A stretch of DNA of 64,000 nt from Callorhinchus milii (taxonomy: Eukaryota). Below, piece after piece: positions 24,636 through 36,820 of this stretch. The notes below the pieces were generated by a model that was given only the letters and a program-made list of their open reading frames with translations, had not been told where the DNA came from and ran no database searches. The stretch covers positions 115,136,001-115,200,000 of the forward strand of contig NW_024704743.1 of assembly GCF_018977255.1 (NCBI RefSeq), in the 5' to 3' direction. A program made the translations under genes and the position numbers. The first letter of the stretch is position 1; every line of letters starts with the position of its first letter.

Positions 24636-26769
24636 AATAAAAAAAAATATAGTTCTTCCCTTGCAGCCAACCACCTAGCTTTTCCCTCCTAGCTTTTGTT
24701 CAGTCGAAGCAAACAGGAAAGGTCAGTCATCATGAGCATCGTCGCATCCCCAAAGGAGCATTACTACTCATAATACTATTCTTTACATTTGAAACAGCAT
24801 CTTTTATGTCAGGAGGTAGTCTCCAAACGCTTCTCAGGATATAATATACTGTGAAGTGCAGTCACTCTGTTTTGTAGCATTGCTGGAGGTCGGGGTAACC
24901 TTGCTGTTTTATCTTGTTTACCAGGAAGTGAGCGAGGAAAAAGGGCACTTCTGTGTAAGAATATATAAGTATTCTTTTTGTTTCCATTCTCAGTCTTTCT
25001 CTCCTCCACCGTCCTCCCCTTTCAGGCAGATGAAGCTCCCTCTTCAGCGATAGAGGATTTTATGTTGTTTTGCATTTAGTGCTTTCGGGGATACAAGACA
25101 ATGGGGGAATAAATATAGGATTGCCACAAACAGCTTTAATAGAGTTTAGGAGGAACTTCTTTGTGCAAAGGGTGGCACGTTGCCGTGGCCTTAACTACCC
25201 CTTTCTGCAAATTAATTTGTGTCAGGAGATATATCCTGGGTTCTTCACAAACTCAGACCTACGACTCCTAAGTACAGGGGGATCAGAGAAGAGAACATTG
25301 AAGGACCATACTCCCAACAACATACCCTCCCCCTCCCACACTTTGCTGCGTCCAACATGGACCTCTGATGGACCTCAATACCTTTACCCCCTCTTTCTCG
25401 TTCCTTCAGTTTCTAAGCCACATTCCATGTCTTACCCTTGATATCCAGTAACATCAACACAACTTGCATTTATAAAGCGGTGTCTCAGAGCGCTTAAGAG
25501 CCAGGGGGAGGGGGAAGGTGACCGCAGGCATGGTTGAAAATGAAGGTTTTCAGGTGTTATTTGAAAACAGTGAAGGAAGAGGCAAGGTGAAGAGATTGAG
25601 GGAGAGAGTTCCAAAGTTTCAGGGTTTTAGTGGCTGAAAGCACATTCTCCACTGATACAAATGTCAGATCATCTGTTTAGTCAAGTGATAATTCTGTTCT
25701 TGCACTCTCTCTTTCTCTCTGGATTGTCTGTGAATCAACCCCTGAGCACATTGGAACCAGGTTTCTCTGTAGCCTAGACAACTGATCCCATTGAGGAGAT
25801 AAAACTGCACAAAAAAAGATGATAGTCACTAACTGTTCAAATCCATAAGTAAAATTAATCTAGTACTAACTTTCAGGTATTTTATTTTTCTCTCACTGTC
25901 ATGTCTATTGGAGAACACTGACTTAACAACCAACCTTCTAGGTTCAACCAATAAATGTCTTCCAACCAACGTTTAGAATGCATGTTAGCATTCATTTAGA
26001 CAATAAGCAAGCTGTCAGATGCTTGAACTGATGGACCTTGTTTGCAATGTTTTGATTGCTGTTCAAACAGCATTCATGTCAGATGTTCACATTTGAACAT
26101 CTCTGTGAGTAATTTCCGCCACCACCTCCATCAGTGCATATAGTAGGGAAGTTTTTTAATCACACTTTTTCCACTTATCTGGTTCCAAATGATGTAATCA
26201 AACATTTTCTTCCATAACTTTCCTCGTTAAATTACATAGCTCTTGTGCCAAGCTCAATAGGTCAGATTACAGCTATGTTGTTTGGCTTCTGTTTTGCTTC
26301 AAAGCTGTAATCATGTTTATTTCCAACTGTTTAATGGATTTGTACCCAGGAAATTTACGCAACTTTATACGATTATAAGTAAGTGAATACATTGTGCTAG
26401 GAAGTTACCGTAATTTGCCTTTGGCTGAACAAGAAAGACGATTCAGGGTAATTGTACATTCAGTTTTGTCTTTTAGGTGTGGTTCAAACAACCATCCAGA
26501 TATAATTGCTCCTCCCATATCTAACAATAGATCACAAGAGAACTTTGGATGAGGAAAGCCTTTAGCCCATTTGATCTCATCTTTGCAGGGCGTCATCCCT
26601 ACTTTTTTTTTCCATTAATACATTAAACAAAAGGTTTCTTAAATGAGTCTGATGTCCCAGCCTCAACCACCCTTTCCTGCAAATTAATTTATGTCGGGAA
26701 ATATTTCCAGGCCCCTTCGCAAACTCAGACCTACGTATACTACGGACAGGAGGGATCACAGTTGGAACC

Positions 26770-27135
26770 TTGAGGATTGAGTTCGAGATCCTCGTTCTCA
26801 CTTTTAAATCCCTGTCTGTGACTTTCTAAATCTCTACCAACCCATCCACTCACTCCGCTTGGCGAGTCCTGACCTGGTGTACGTCCCCTGTCCTGCCCAC
26901 CCCACCATCGGCGGTTGGGACTTCAGCTGTTCTGCCCCCACTCCCTGTAACCCCATCCTGGAGTCCCTTCATCTCGCCCCTTCTTCCGCATCCTTCAAGG
27001 CCCATTTCAAGACTTCCACTTTGACAACATCTTTAATCACCTTCCCAGATCCAACCCCCATCTTGGATGCAAACCCTCAACTATCCAGCGCCTTGGGACA
27101 TGCTGCTGACCAGGAAAACGCGATATAAATGCAAT
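26770..27135 (+). mobile_element. Old L2 3' fragment
   Basis: gagttcgagatcctcgttctcacttttaaatcc...PTIGGWDFSCSAPT...tccagcgccttgggacatg tail. Confidence 0.7.
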
Positions 27136-27364
27136 GTGGGACACTGCTGTGCACAATTGGCTGCCGTGTTTTGCCCACAAAATATCTAATAATAATCCTT
27201 GCATTTGATATAGCGCCTTATCACGTCTTCGAGAGTCTTCACTATACCCAGTTATGTAGTGCTTTGAGGAGTTTCATTGTACTGACGCTTTGAATTGCTT
27301 TGGACTGTGCAGTACTAAGTAACTAAAGTCCTCCAGGCAGAAGTTTATACAGGCAAGCACAATT

Positions 27365-27732
27365 AATAATAATCTTTGCATTTGATATATCGCCTTATCG
27401 CATCTTCTAGACGTCTTAAAGTGCTTCACAGAATATACTGTAAAGTGAATTGACTGCGTATTTTGTCGGCGAAACCCAGCAGCCAATTGCTCACAGCAGC
27501 ATCCCACAAACCATCGTGAATTGAGTGAACAATTTATTTATTATTTTTTTGAAGGAATTATTACCCCCGGAAAAGCGATCTGCCAATCGACTAACAGAGT
27601 TCTTAATTACTGATGGGTAAACAGTGGCGTGTGGAGTAAGAAAACTTGCCCAACGTTTCGCCCTGGCGGGAATCAAGCCCAGATCTCTCGCTTGCAAGGC
27701 GAGTGCTCTAACCACTGAGCTACAGGACTCCA
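27365..27732 (-). mobile_element. tRNA-Ala-headed SINE, long subfamily, full length
   Basis: Head gtggagtcctgtagctcagtggttagagcactcgccttgcaag at 27732 (minus strand); tail (aat)n at 27365. Confidence 0.85.
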
Positions 27733-29303
27733 CAAAGTCAATTCACTTTACGTTTTATTCTGGGAAGCGCTTTGAGGCTTCTCAAAGACATGATAAGATG
27801 CTATAATCAAATGCAAGGATTATTAAATTGTGTTCAAATCCATTCACTCCCTAGCACCTCTCTACCTCTCCAATCTCCTCACTCCCCAATCCACCTCCGG
27901 GCACCTCTGCTCGCCTGGCACCTGCCTGCCAACATGCACAATCCATGCTTGAGTATTGGCTACTTGAGCAATTTGCCAGAGTGTGCCTCTTACCTCAATG
28001 GAAGGTAAAAATGTCCTACTAATGTTTTCAGGAAAGGAGGGGAACTTAGAAAGAAAATAACTTGGCAAAGAGAAAGGAAAAGGTGAAATTGCAATTTGAA
28101 TTCATAACCTGTGCGGGAAAGATTGTTTTTCACCAGAAACATTGTTTACGCTTCTAATAAATACCAGACACAATCCAGACGTGAGATTAACTTGCTGCTG
28201 TTGTGGTGCTAATTCATTCGTCCTGTGATTTCACAAACTGAAACATTTCAGTGTAATATTTTATACAGTCTTCACTAGAGTATGAATAGCTACTGATGGA
28301 CCAAGAAGTATGTAGTCTATTCAAACTCCTATAGTCTCGGCTGACATTCCAGTGCAGTGCTGGAGAGAGAGCGCCATTGGAGGTACCAGGGTATGGAAGA
28401 GTCATTAAACCAAGGTCCCTATCTGCTCATTCAGGTGGACGTTTATACCGAAAAGTGAAGACAGTTTCTCCTGGGATCTTGGACAACAATCCCCCAATAA
28501 AATTATTTATTGCTTCATGGCTGTTTGTGCAACATTGCTGTGTGCAAATTAGTGGCCACTTTTCCCCCCAAAGCACACAGTCACTGCACTGCACCTTCCA
28601 ATATATCCTACGAAGTGCTTTGAAATGTCCCCCTGATGTGAGAGGCACTATATCAAATGTAAGGATTATTTTAACTAAACCTTGGCTAGTGACTGATATT
28701 ACTGGACTAAAGCTTGGTTAATTGTATTAAATGACAGTTACTAGACAAGACCTTGGTTAGTGATAAACAAATGCCACAAACATTCAAATGCAGAGAGGAA
28801 CTGATGGTGTACGCACACATTTCTGATCAGCGATCAGAAGACACGGGGGCAGTCCATCCACAATAGAAAACGGTGCAACAGATCTGAAATCTGAATTTGA
28901 CTTTGGCATGGCTTTGGGTAAAATAGCCTAGAAAATGGTTGTCATGATTGGAGGAGTTTGAGACATGTCCCCAAACGGTACTATGTAAATAGAAACTATT
29001 ATATTTTATGATCAGAATGTATTTTGTTCTATTTCCTCCACTCTCCCCAAACCACATAAAGAGTGTGGGACTGAGTGTGTTTTTAGATTAATGTTTAGTT
29101 CATGTGTGTTTAGATTAGAACCTAGTTAAAAGGTAATTTGCTTTTAGGTCACCTCGGGTATGCAGATGTCTTAAAAGTTTCACAATGTTCGTTTTGTAAG
29201 CAGAAGCTGTATTTGTTGTGATACTCCTTGACAGATAGTTGTCAACACTTCTCTTTATTGCACTGCAAAATATGTTTTGTGTTTTTCTACGAATTTTTTG
29301 AAG

Positions 29304-29434
29304 GATTGGCCTTTCGACGATGGTGCTCCACCTCCAACCAAAGTAGTGGATGATTGGCTCAGTTTGCTTAAGACTAAGTTTTGTGAAGACCCCGGTAGCT
29401 GCGTGGCTGTCCACTGCGTCGCTGGCCTTGGACG
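29304..29434 (+). CDS. PTP4A3: PTP4A3 coding exon 3 (WPFDD loop and catalytic P-loop)
   Basis: Acceptor ttttttgaag|[47 protein letters not shown] with general acid Asp72 and HCVAGLGR (Cys104, Arg110); donor CG|gtaagt; 131 nt. Confidence 0.97.
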
Positions 29435-29929
29435 GTAAGTGTACAGAACACTCTTAACATTTAGAACATGTTTGCTTCTCTCACAGTATCTCTGCAACCT
29501 CCTGCAACCCTGCCCCCCCTCATCCCACCCCCATCCCGGTCATTCTGCAGAAGTGCTTCTCATTTCTTTTCCCGATCCGCATTTACCTATTTCAACATCC
29601 TTGGCTCATTTGCTTATTTCGGCAAACAGGTTCTCAGCTCTATCCGCCCTTCCATCGGTGGGCGTACTTCCATTGCTCTCCTCGTTCAAAGCACATCTCG
29701 AAACGTACCTCTTTTCATCATATTTCTCCTCCTCATTCCCCTCGGTTCCCACCCCAGCTTGTCCTGCATTGTCGAGCATTTTGAGGTGTTCTCCTGACAT
29801 GAAAGGTGTAACGTGTATATTGTATTTGGTGGGTGGGGTTTGGACTATTTTTCACTGTGGAGAGGCTGAGCAATGTTTCATGGAATTTCAGTACTTAGGT
29901 CTGTCTTGTTCTTTGTTTAAAACCCTTAG

Positions 29930-30004
29930 GGCTCCAGTACTGGTAGCACTTGCTCTCATTGAAAGTGGAATGAAGTATGAAGATGCCATTCAGTTCATCA
30001 GACA
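29930..30004 (+). CDS. PTP4A3: PTP4A3 coding exon 4
   Basis: Acceptor cccttag|[26 protein letters not shown]; donor CA|gtaagt; 75 nt, phase 2-2. Confidence 0.97.
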
Positions 30005-30949
30005 GTAAGTCGCCATTTCATCCCCATCATCTGTTGTGCAACCCAAAGTGATTGTTGAGCTTGCCGCTCGACCGTGAGCAACCAAACTTGGGATCTGTTT
30101 ACGCGACTCAATTGCAAGAATTTTTTGCCAAGGGGCAAACAGCCTAACTTACCACAAGAGCCGAGGAGAACAAATTATGCAATTAATCACCACCTGAACC
30201 ATGTGTACAGAGGAATCACGGGTGATTATGTAATTAATAGTAATCCTTTCATTTTATACAGCACCTAAAACATCAGAACATCTCCAAGCGCTTCACAGCC
30301 AATTTGTCGACATCCAGGTTTTTCCCGGTGTCCCGCCCAACAATTACCCCAGATAAAAGTTTGTCCTTCATTTCACGGCTGTTTGTGGGACATTGCTGTG
30401 CCCAAACTGGCTACCATGGAATACACTTTACGGTAAAACCTGTGAAGCGCTTTGAGACATCTCCTGACGTGAAAGGTGCTATACCAAATGCGAGGATTAT
30501 AAAAATATTTTAACATGAAAGATTTATCTTACTTTGATGTAGCATCATATCTTCAGTACCATGGCTGGCTCCATGTTTGACTCGGTGCTTAAAAATTGGT
30601 CAGATCTAACCGTAGAGCCAGTCCCAGTGTAATGGTGAGGATAAGTGTAATTTGGAGGTGGCAAATACATTGGTTAGGGGAGGGGGGTGGGGGGAGACCT
30701 CAATGGTCTGTAGAGTGTAGTTGTGTATCTTTTGAAACTAATGTTGGTGCAATTGTTGCTCATTTATAAGGAGGAGGGGAAGGAAAAACTTAATTTTCAT
30801 TTTTATTGCTTTTTCTTTTCTCCATCCCTCCCATCCCTTTGTTGTTGTTTTCCCACTATCACTACACTGTTGTCATCCTCCCACCACCCCTCTTCCCCCC
30901 CCACCCCACCCCATCCCTTCATCTGCCCGCCCTCGTCACATCGACCCAG

Positions 30950-31067
30950 GAAACGCCGAGGGGCTATCAACAGCAAGCAGCTCTCCTACCTGGAAAAGTA
31001 CCGGCCAAAGATGAGACTTCGGTTCAAGAACCCACACCATCACAAGAACAAATGCTCTGTTATGTGA
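30950..31067 (+). CDS. PTP4A3: PTP4A3 coding exon 5 with polybasic region and CAAX box
   Basis: Acceptor gacccag|[39 protein letters not shown] then TGA; the five exons sum to 522 nt = 173 aa + stop, the canonical PRL-3 length. Confidence 0.97.
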
Positions 31068-31754
31068 ACCGTGGACACTTTTCAGCCCAAGAGTAGTTTA
31101 CAGCGATATTTTTTAAAGGAAAAACAAATAAAGAGATTGCCATTGGATTTCCTGCCTTCAAAATCCAATCAGATGATTTTTTTTGTTTTAGTAACTTGAA
31201 TATTTATTTATACTCGGATCATTGATCCAGAATGAAAGTCGGTGGAAATACTCGGGCCTGGGTTTAAACTCGGGACTGACTGACTGACTGTGCTGCACAA
31301 GCTCAGACTCCTGCAATATTGCCTTTTTTTGTGCTCGCAAAAGCCTCTGATTTTAAGCATTGTTCCTCCAGGAGATTGCGTGGTGAACTAAGCAACATTT
31401 AATCACACAAAAAACACAAACTTGTAAATAGGATGGAAATCGATTAGATTAAATAATGTCTCCGAGTTAGTGGTCCACTGGTGGAGAATATTGAATGTGA
31501 AGGTTCGTTTCTCAAGGTAGGTGGGGTTGGGAGGGGGGTGAGTAGTAAATGTGGCAAAGATCGTCACTTGAATTAGCTGCTTCCAAACTGGGGTGGAGGG
31601 GAGAGACTGTTGTGTGCAACGAGTAGCTCAGAGACCTGAGCCTCTGAGTTCTGTAACTTTTCCACCTTTGGACTTGCCAGCACTTTTACCAGCACTGCTA
31701 TCTTGTGCAATGTATACACGTCCACTTTAAAATCACTTGTTAGCCCTGCAAGCC

Positions 31755-32050
31755 AGGCCATAAAATGGGTAAACTATGCCATTACAGGCATTAGCTGGTT
31801 AAATGCCAGCAGTTATCCAAATGCAAACTCTGGCGTCCCCAAGCCTTGGCTCTTGCCAACCTGTGTGTGTGTGTGTGTGTGTGTAATACTCCCCCAAATT
31901 AGGTAACTGGGGGGAGAGAGCACATTAATTCCAAATGCAGGGAAAATTCACGTGTAGGTGTCCTACATATGTAGAACTGTGTTTGGTTTGGATAGTTATA
32001 AGCATGATGATAGGTTTCTGCACGTGTCTGATACCCAGCTGACACCCCAC
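31755..32050 (+). repeat. Unclassified interspersed repeat (copy 3) with internal (TG)n expansion
   Basis: tagctggttaaatgccagcagtt...ccccaagccttggctcttgccaacctgtg...aattaggtaa...gtttggtttggata...gtgtctgatacccagctgac. Confidence 0.75.
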
Positions 32051-32434
32051 AAACAGGGTAAAAACAAACAGAATCTGCTAGAGGCCTTGCATCTTTTTTT
32101 CTTTCAGAAGGGGAGTTGGGGAGCGGTGGGGGGAGAGAGATGTCGTGCAACCAAGACATTTCCCGTTGATATTGAATGCTCTGGTTGTTTCTGTGGTATT
32201 GATCTGTGAGCTTCATTCACTCAAGCTGATCTGACCATAAAGTTACCGAGCATTTATTGTATCGGGCAAGAAAAGTAGTTCTGCTTCTGACCATTTCAGG
32301 CATCGGGTGAATTGTTTTTAATGTTGGGGCTTAGGGAGCCAACTCTCTACTGTTCACAGGCTGTCAGCAGAGGTGTACGAGCCTCGACAGTGTTTTGTTA
32401 CAGATGATGGTTTGCACACAAAGTAGCCATCTAT

Positions 32435-32825
32435 TTCAGCCTGGCTCATTCAGGAGCGCTCTCGCCTCTATAAATCAGATTGTTGCGGGTTCAAGCCCCA
32501 CATCAGGACTTGGAGTTCACAGTTCAGGCTGGCGCTCCAATGCAGTGCTGGGGACGTGTTGCATTGTCGGAGGTGAGGCCCTTCAGATAAGCGTTAAAAC
32601 TGACGTTCCACCTGCCTGTGCAGATTAAAGATTTCACGGGAAGAGAAGGGAGTTTCACCCAGTGTCCTGGCCAACAATTCCTCAGATTAAAATTGGTTAA
32701 TCGTTTCACAGGTGTTCGTGGGACAGTGCAACAAGATGCACACTTCCTAGTAAAATTCTGTGAAGCGTTTTGAGACGTTTCAACATGATGAGGCAATAGC
32801 TTTATCAAATGAAAGGATTATTACA
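32435..32825 (+). mobile_element. SacSINE1-like Deu-SINE within the putative 3' UTR
   Basis: cagcctggctcattcaggagcgctctcgcctct...gggttcaagccccac...caggctggcgctccaatgcagtgctg...gtgtcctggccaac...gtgaagcgttttgagacg. Confidence 0.75.
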
Positions 32826-33397
32826 ATGGGGTTATTATATCACTCCTTCCACACTTCCCCGCCTCAGAGTAGAGTGGATAAATAGTTAGAAGGTCTTTGT
32901 CAAATTCAGTAACCAGCACAATCTGACCGCTCTCACTTTTTGACATCATTTGATGACTTTCATGTGAATCTATTCGGGACGTGCCAGGTTCTGAAGTGGA
33001 GCACGGCCTTTCTCTTGAGGTGCCTGCAGGCGACTGAAATGGATGTGAGCCTTCTCCACTCTTATCGTGGTTTGATTTATTAAGGAAATAAAGCAAAAAC
33101 TTTTAATAGTTGCAACGGAAAAAAAAACGTTTTAAATACCATCATAATATGCACAGCAGAAATGCAGTACGTACAGGCTGTGAGCAATTGTGTAGCTTGT
33201 TCACTGTTTGTGTACATATCGGTCTGGTTTGATTTGACTTTTTTTTGATTACTCCACGGTCGACTTAGTTTGATTTTGTTTTTCTTTAAATTAAAGGGAA
33301 AAGTTACACAAGCGATCCATGGGTTTTATTCAGTGTTTAATCTTCTCAGCAATGGAAGCTCACTGCTTGCCTGGCCCAGCATTGGCGGTTTCAGGGC

Positions 33398-33833
33398 TTG
33401 CTCCACCGCCTCACCCCTCAGGCTGCCGAAACCCTCACCCACGCATTCGTCACCTCAAGGCTCGATTATGGAAATTCCCTCCTCATTGGCCGTCTCTTCA
33501 CAAGCTGCAGATCATCCAGACCTGCTGACTCCTTACCAACCTGCCCGCTCCCTCCGTTCAGCGGGTTCCGGCCTGCTCCTTGTTTCCCGCCCTACCATCG
33601 GTGCCCGAGCTTTCAGCCTCTCTGGAACTCCATTCCACGGTCACTTCGCCTCGCTTTCTCCCTTGCCTCCTTCAAGGCTGGTCTCAAGACCCTCCACTTG
33701 GATCGTCGCCCTCTCCACCTTCCCTCACCCGTACCCCATCCCTCCCCCATGCTCGGGTCCTGACCCCTGACTGTCCAGCGCCTTGGGATGTTCTCCCGAC
33801 GTGAAAGACACTCTAAATGTCATTTTGTTGTTG
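33398..33833 (+). mobile_element. L2 3' fragment with internal deletions
   Basis: LTPQAAETLTHAFVTSRLDYGNSLLIG and DLLTPYQPARSLRSAGSGLL; tail ccagcgccttgggatgttctcccgacgtgaaag and (ttg)n. Confidence 0.8.
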
Positions 33834-33889
33834 CTTTGTTGGGTCTGAGCTGAGCCGGCTCTGAGGTTACTTGGGTTGACAGCGGAAAG

Positions 33890-34705
33890 TCAACCCTCTA
33901 TGACAGTCTCCGTAGTTCGGTTCCTGAGCCAAGTGAGTCTCCAGTACTCCAGGGCACTGCTGATGACAGACCAGTCAGCCCGGCTCATTGGCAGGACTTG
34001 GGTTCGATTCCCGGCAGGGCGAAATGTTGGGCAAATTTCCTTACTCCACACACCTCCGTTTACCTCGCAGTAAGTAGGAACCCGGTTGTTAGTTGATTGG
34101 TGGATTGCTTTTCCAGGGGTAATAGTTGTTTAAAAAATAAAATAATTTAGGCACTCAATTCACGACTGTTTGTGGGCCACTGTTGTGCGCAATTGGCTGC
34201 CACGTTTTCCCCACAAGATATACAGTCAATTCACTTTACAGTATATTCTGTGAAGCGCTTTGAGACGTCTCGAAGACATGATAAGGAGCTATATCCAATG
34301 CAAGGATTATTATTATTATTATTGTTGGAGAGGCAGACTAGACACTGAGGGCAGGGATTCTACACACTTTCTGATAACCCTGGAAAGGTGATCCAACCTG
34401 GACCAGCAGTGGGAAAGCTCACCAGGCCATGCTCTCAATGGCGAGCTGTGCAAGTTTACCTGGTTAAACTCCGGCTGTCACCTGACACACACTCTGGAGT
34501 CACCCAAGCCTTGAATCTTGCTAACTTGGGCTAATGCTCTCTGGAATTAGGTAAGCAGGGTGCGTCCCTCGAGGGAGAGATTTCACATTTCGTTCCAGAC
34601 ATGGAAATTCCCATGTGATGTGCGGATGTGAAATTGTGTCTCGTTCGGATACTCTGAAGCATGGTGAAGAGTTTCCGTGTGTGTCAGACGCCTGGCTGAA
34701 CCCCC
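33890..34705 (+). repeat. Unclassified repeat (copy 4) interrupted by a tRNA-Ala SINE (~33992-34323)
   Basis: 5' part gtctccgtagttcggttcctgagcca matches the reverse complement of 48795-48825; 3' part 34385-34705 matches the other copies; the SINE lies between them. Confidence 0.65.
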
Positions 34706-35519
34706 ACTTTTTTCCACGTTAGTTTTGCGCACGTTATAGTTTTAAAGAGAAGAAAAAATCAAAATTACGAGGAAATATTTCACTTCAAATTGGGGAAAGC
34801 GTGAAATTTGCTTGGGTTAAGCATCTGAAGTTTGAGTGTGCGAGCTTCTCATTTGCTTGCAGTTTGTTCCCAAGACTTGCTCCCTCAAATCACATCGGTG
34901 TTTGTTATAAAATGAGGTTTCCTTCAGTCTTGTCAAATCTCTCTTTTCCTCTCTCTGCCTGCACCCCCACCCCTCTTCCCCTCCTCACCCCCCACGCACA
35001 CACGTCCTTCCAAAATTAATGGAGAAAAAGTGATATCCAGGGTATGACTGAGTATCACTGTGGAGCCTGCATCTGACTGAACAGACAGCAATTGACAGCA
35101 GCTGAATCTTACATACCTGTGGAATTCAGGTTGTGTTTGGACTTGCTCTGCATAACAGACTCTCGTTCTCTCCATTCCCGCCTGTGGTTTCCCTACCTTG
35201 CTGCACCTTTTCAGTTCCCAGACCTTTGCAGGTGCACACAAAATCAAAAGCAGTTTCGATGAAAGCCCTTCGGTCATTTGATCTCATCCTGGTACCTCGC
35301 CCTCGCTGCTGTTCCAAACCTGTGACTCAAACCCATTACACCTGCATTTCCTTACCTGGGTAGTCATTCCAGCTGTCAATTATCCCATTATGTGAGTACT
35401 ACTTTCTGGTGTCTTGATTCCAACCCCCAGCTCGGTGCAAACCCTTAATTCTTCAGCACGTTGGGATGTGCTTTCGATGCGAACGACGCTATATAAATAT
35501 GGTTGTAGTCTTGCTTGGA

Positions 35520-35800
35520 GCCAGAGTACACGGCCTGCGATTGAAGGGGTTAAATTCAAGACAAATCTGCGGAAACAATACTTCAGTAAGCGAGCAGTAA
35601 ATGTATGGAACTGACTCCCTAGGAAGACGGTGGAAGCAGAAAGTGTTAATTCTTTCAAAAACAAATTAGATAGATTTCATTTAGGAAATAATATCTTGGG
35701 AAACACTATATAGTTTGGGACATATCATATGCAACTGCCAGGATGGTGGAAGGTGAGTTGGATGGACCTTGATCTTTCGTCTAGAAATTTTTATGTCCTA
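35520..35800 (+). mobile_element. CR1-clade LINE 3' fragment
   Basis: KFKTNLRKQYFSKRAVNVWN*LPRKTVEAESVNSFKNKLDRF is the characteristic CR1 ORF2 C-terminus. Confidence 0.8.
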
Positions 35801-36149
35801 TATCCTGAATTTGCCCTTCACACCCCTGAACCCATGCCCTGTCACCATCTTGCCTCAGTACATCTGAAAATATTGTTCTGGATTTACTTTCTCTATCCTA
35901 TTAAGCATCTGATATTGACAGTCCAATTTGAAACATTTCTGATGGAGATTGCTCAGTAAGAGGATCAGAACCCACACTGCAAATCACCTGCTTACACCCT
36001 CACCTGCACTTGACTTCACATACTCATCTTTGCCCGTCCTCACCAGGCTCCACTTTCTCCACGATTGACTTCAAGATCCTTTCCTGTGGCTCCGTGGCTC
36101 CCAGCACTGGCTGTCCCAGAGCAGCAACCCCACATGTCCAATCATTCAC

Positions 36150-36820
36150 TCTCTCCGCTCAAACCGCCTCCTTAAGGCAAACCCAACTTCCCCCTCCCTC
36201 ATACGTACCCTCCCCAACTCCCCTCACACCACTCTCCACAACCATCTCTCCTGTACATCCCAAAATCCTCTCCGCATCACTCTCTCCTCCCTCCTGCAAA
36301 CCCACCCGCATTTCCCTCCAAAACGTCCATTCCCTCTCAAATAAAGCCCTCACCTTTCACGACCTCATCTTGGACGAGCACCTTGACATTCTTGGGCTCA
36401 CTGAATCCTGGCTCTCCCCCAATGAAGTATTCTACTTCAAGATCCTCACCCCTGTATTCAAATCCCTCCACTGCTCTTCACCCCCCTACCTCTCTGACCT
36501 CTTCTCTCTTCAAAACAGTATCCATTGCCTTTGTTCCTCCGGGTCTGGCCTCCTCCTCGTCCCCCGAGTCCTCCGCTCCACACTCGGCAGCCGTGCCTTC
36601 AGCCACTATGCTTTGAGGCTCTGGAACTCCCTTCCTCACTCCCTTTGCCTCACTCGCTCTCTTCCTATTTTCAGGTCTCTGCTGAAGACCTTTCTCTTCG
36701 ACCGCGCCTTTGGTGACCTTCCTCCCCCTCCCCCTGGCTCGGCGCCGGGATCTGTTACTATAAAGCGCTCTGAGACTCCATCCAGCGTGGAGGGTACTAT
36801 ATAAATCCAAGTTGTTGTTT
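36150..36820 (+). mobile_element. Internally deleted L2 element: APE endonuclease N-terminus fused to the ORF2 C-terminus and tail
   Basis: LQNVHSLSNKALTFHDLILDEHLDILGLTESWLSPNE (APE motifs I-II) is joined directly to FKILTPVFKSLH...RAFSHYALRLWNSLP...FRSLLKTFLF. Confidence 0.8.

Larger units (their letters stand above)
31068..33300 (+). other. PTP4A3: Probable PTP4A3 3' UTR with candidate polyA signals (AATAAA ~31127 and 33087, ATTAAA 33290)
   Basis: Follows the stop codon; AT/U-rich unique blocks at 31068-31500 and 32830-33300; the end point is inferred. Confidence 0.45.

Noticed and set aside
29439..30008. 189-aa ORF running into PTP4A3 exon 4
   Set aside because: The upstream part is a decayed L2 fragment in the intron; retention of this intron hits TAA immediately after the exon 3 donor.
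33960..33990. CTGATGA as a second hammerhead core
   Set aside because: No GAAA box follows a stem II, even after removing the inserted SINE.
34933..35360. Minus-strand exon-like ORF with donor ccacag|gtatgt
   Set aside because: Contains the CR1-type tail motif gatgagatcaaatg...gctttc also present near 26560-26585; no recognisable protein and no partner exons.
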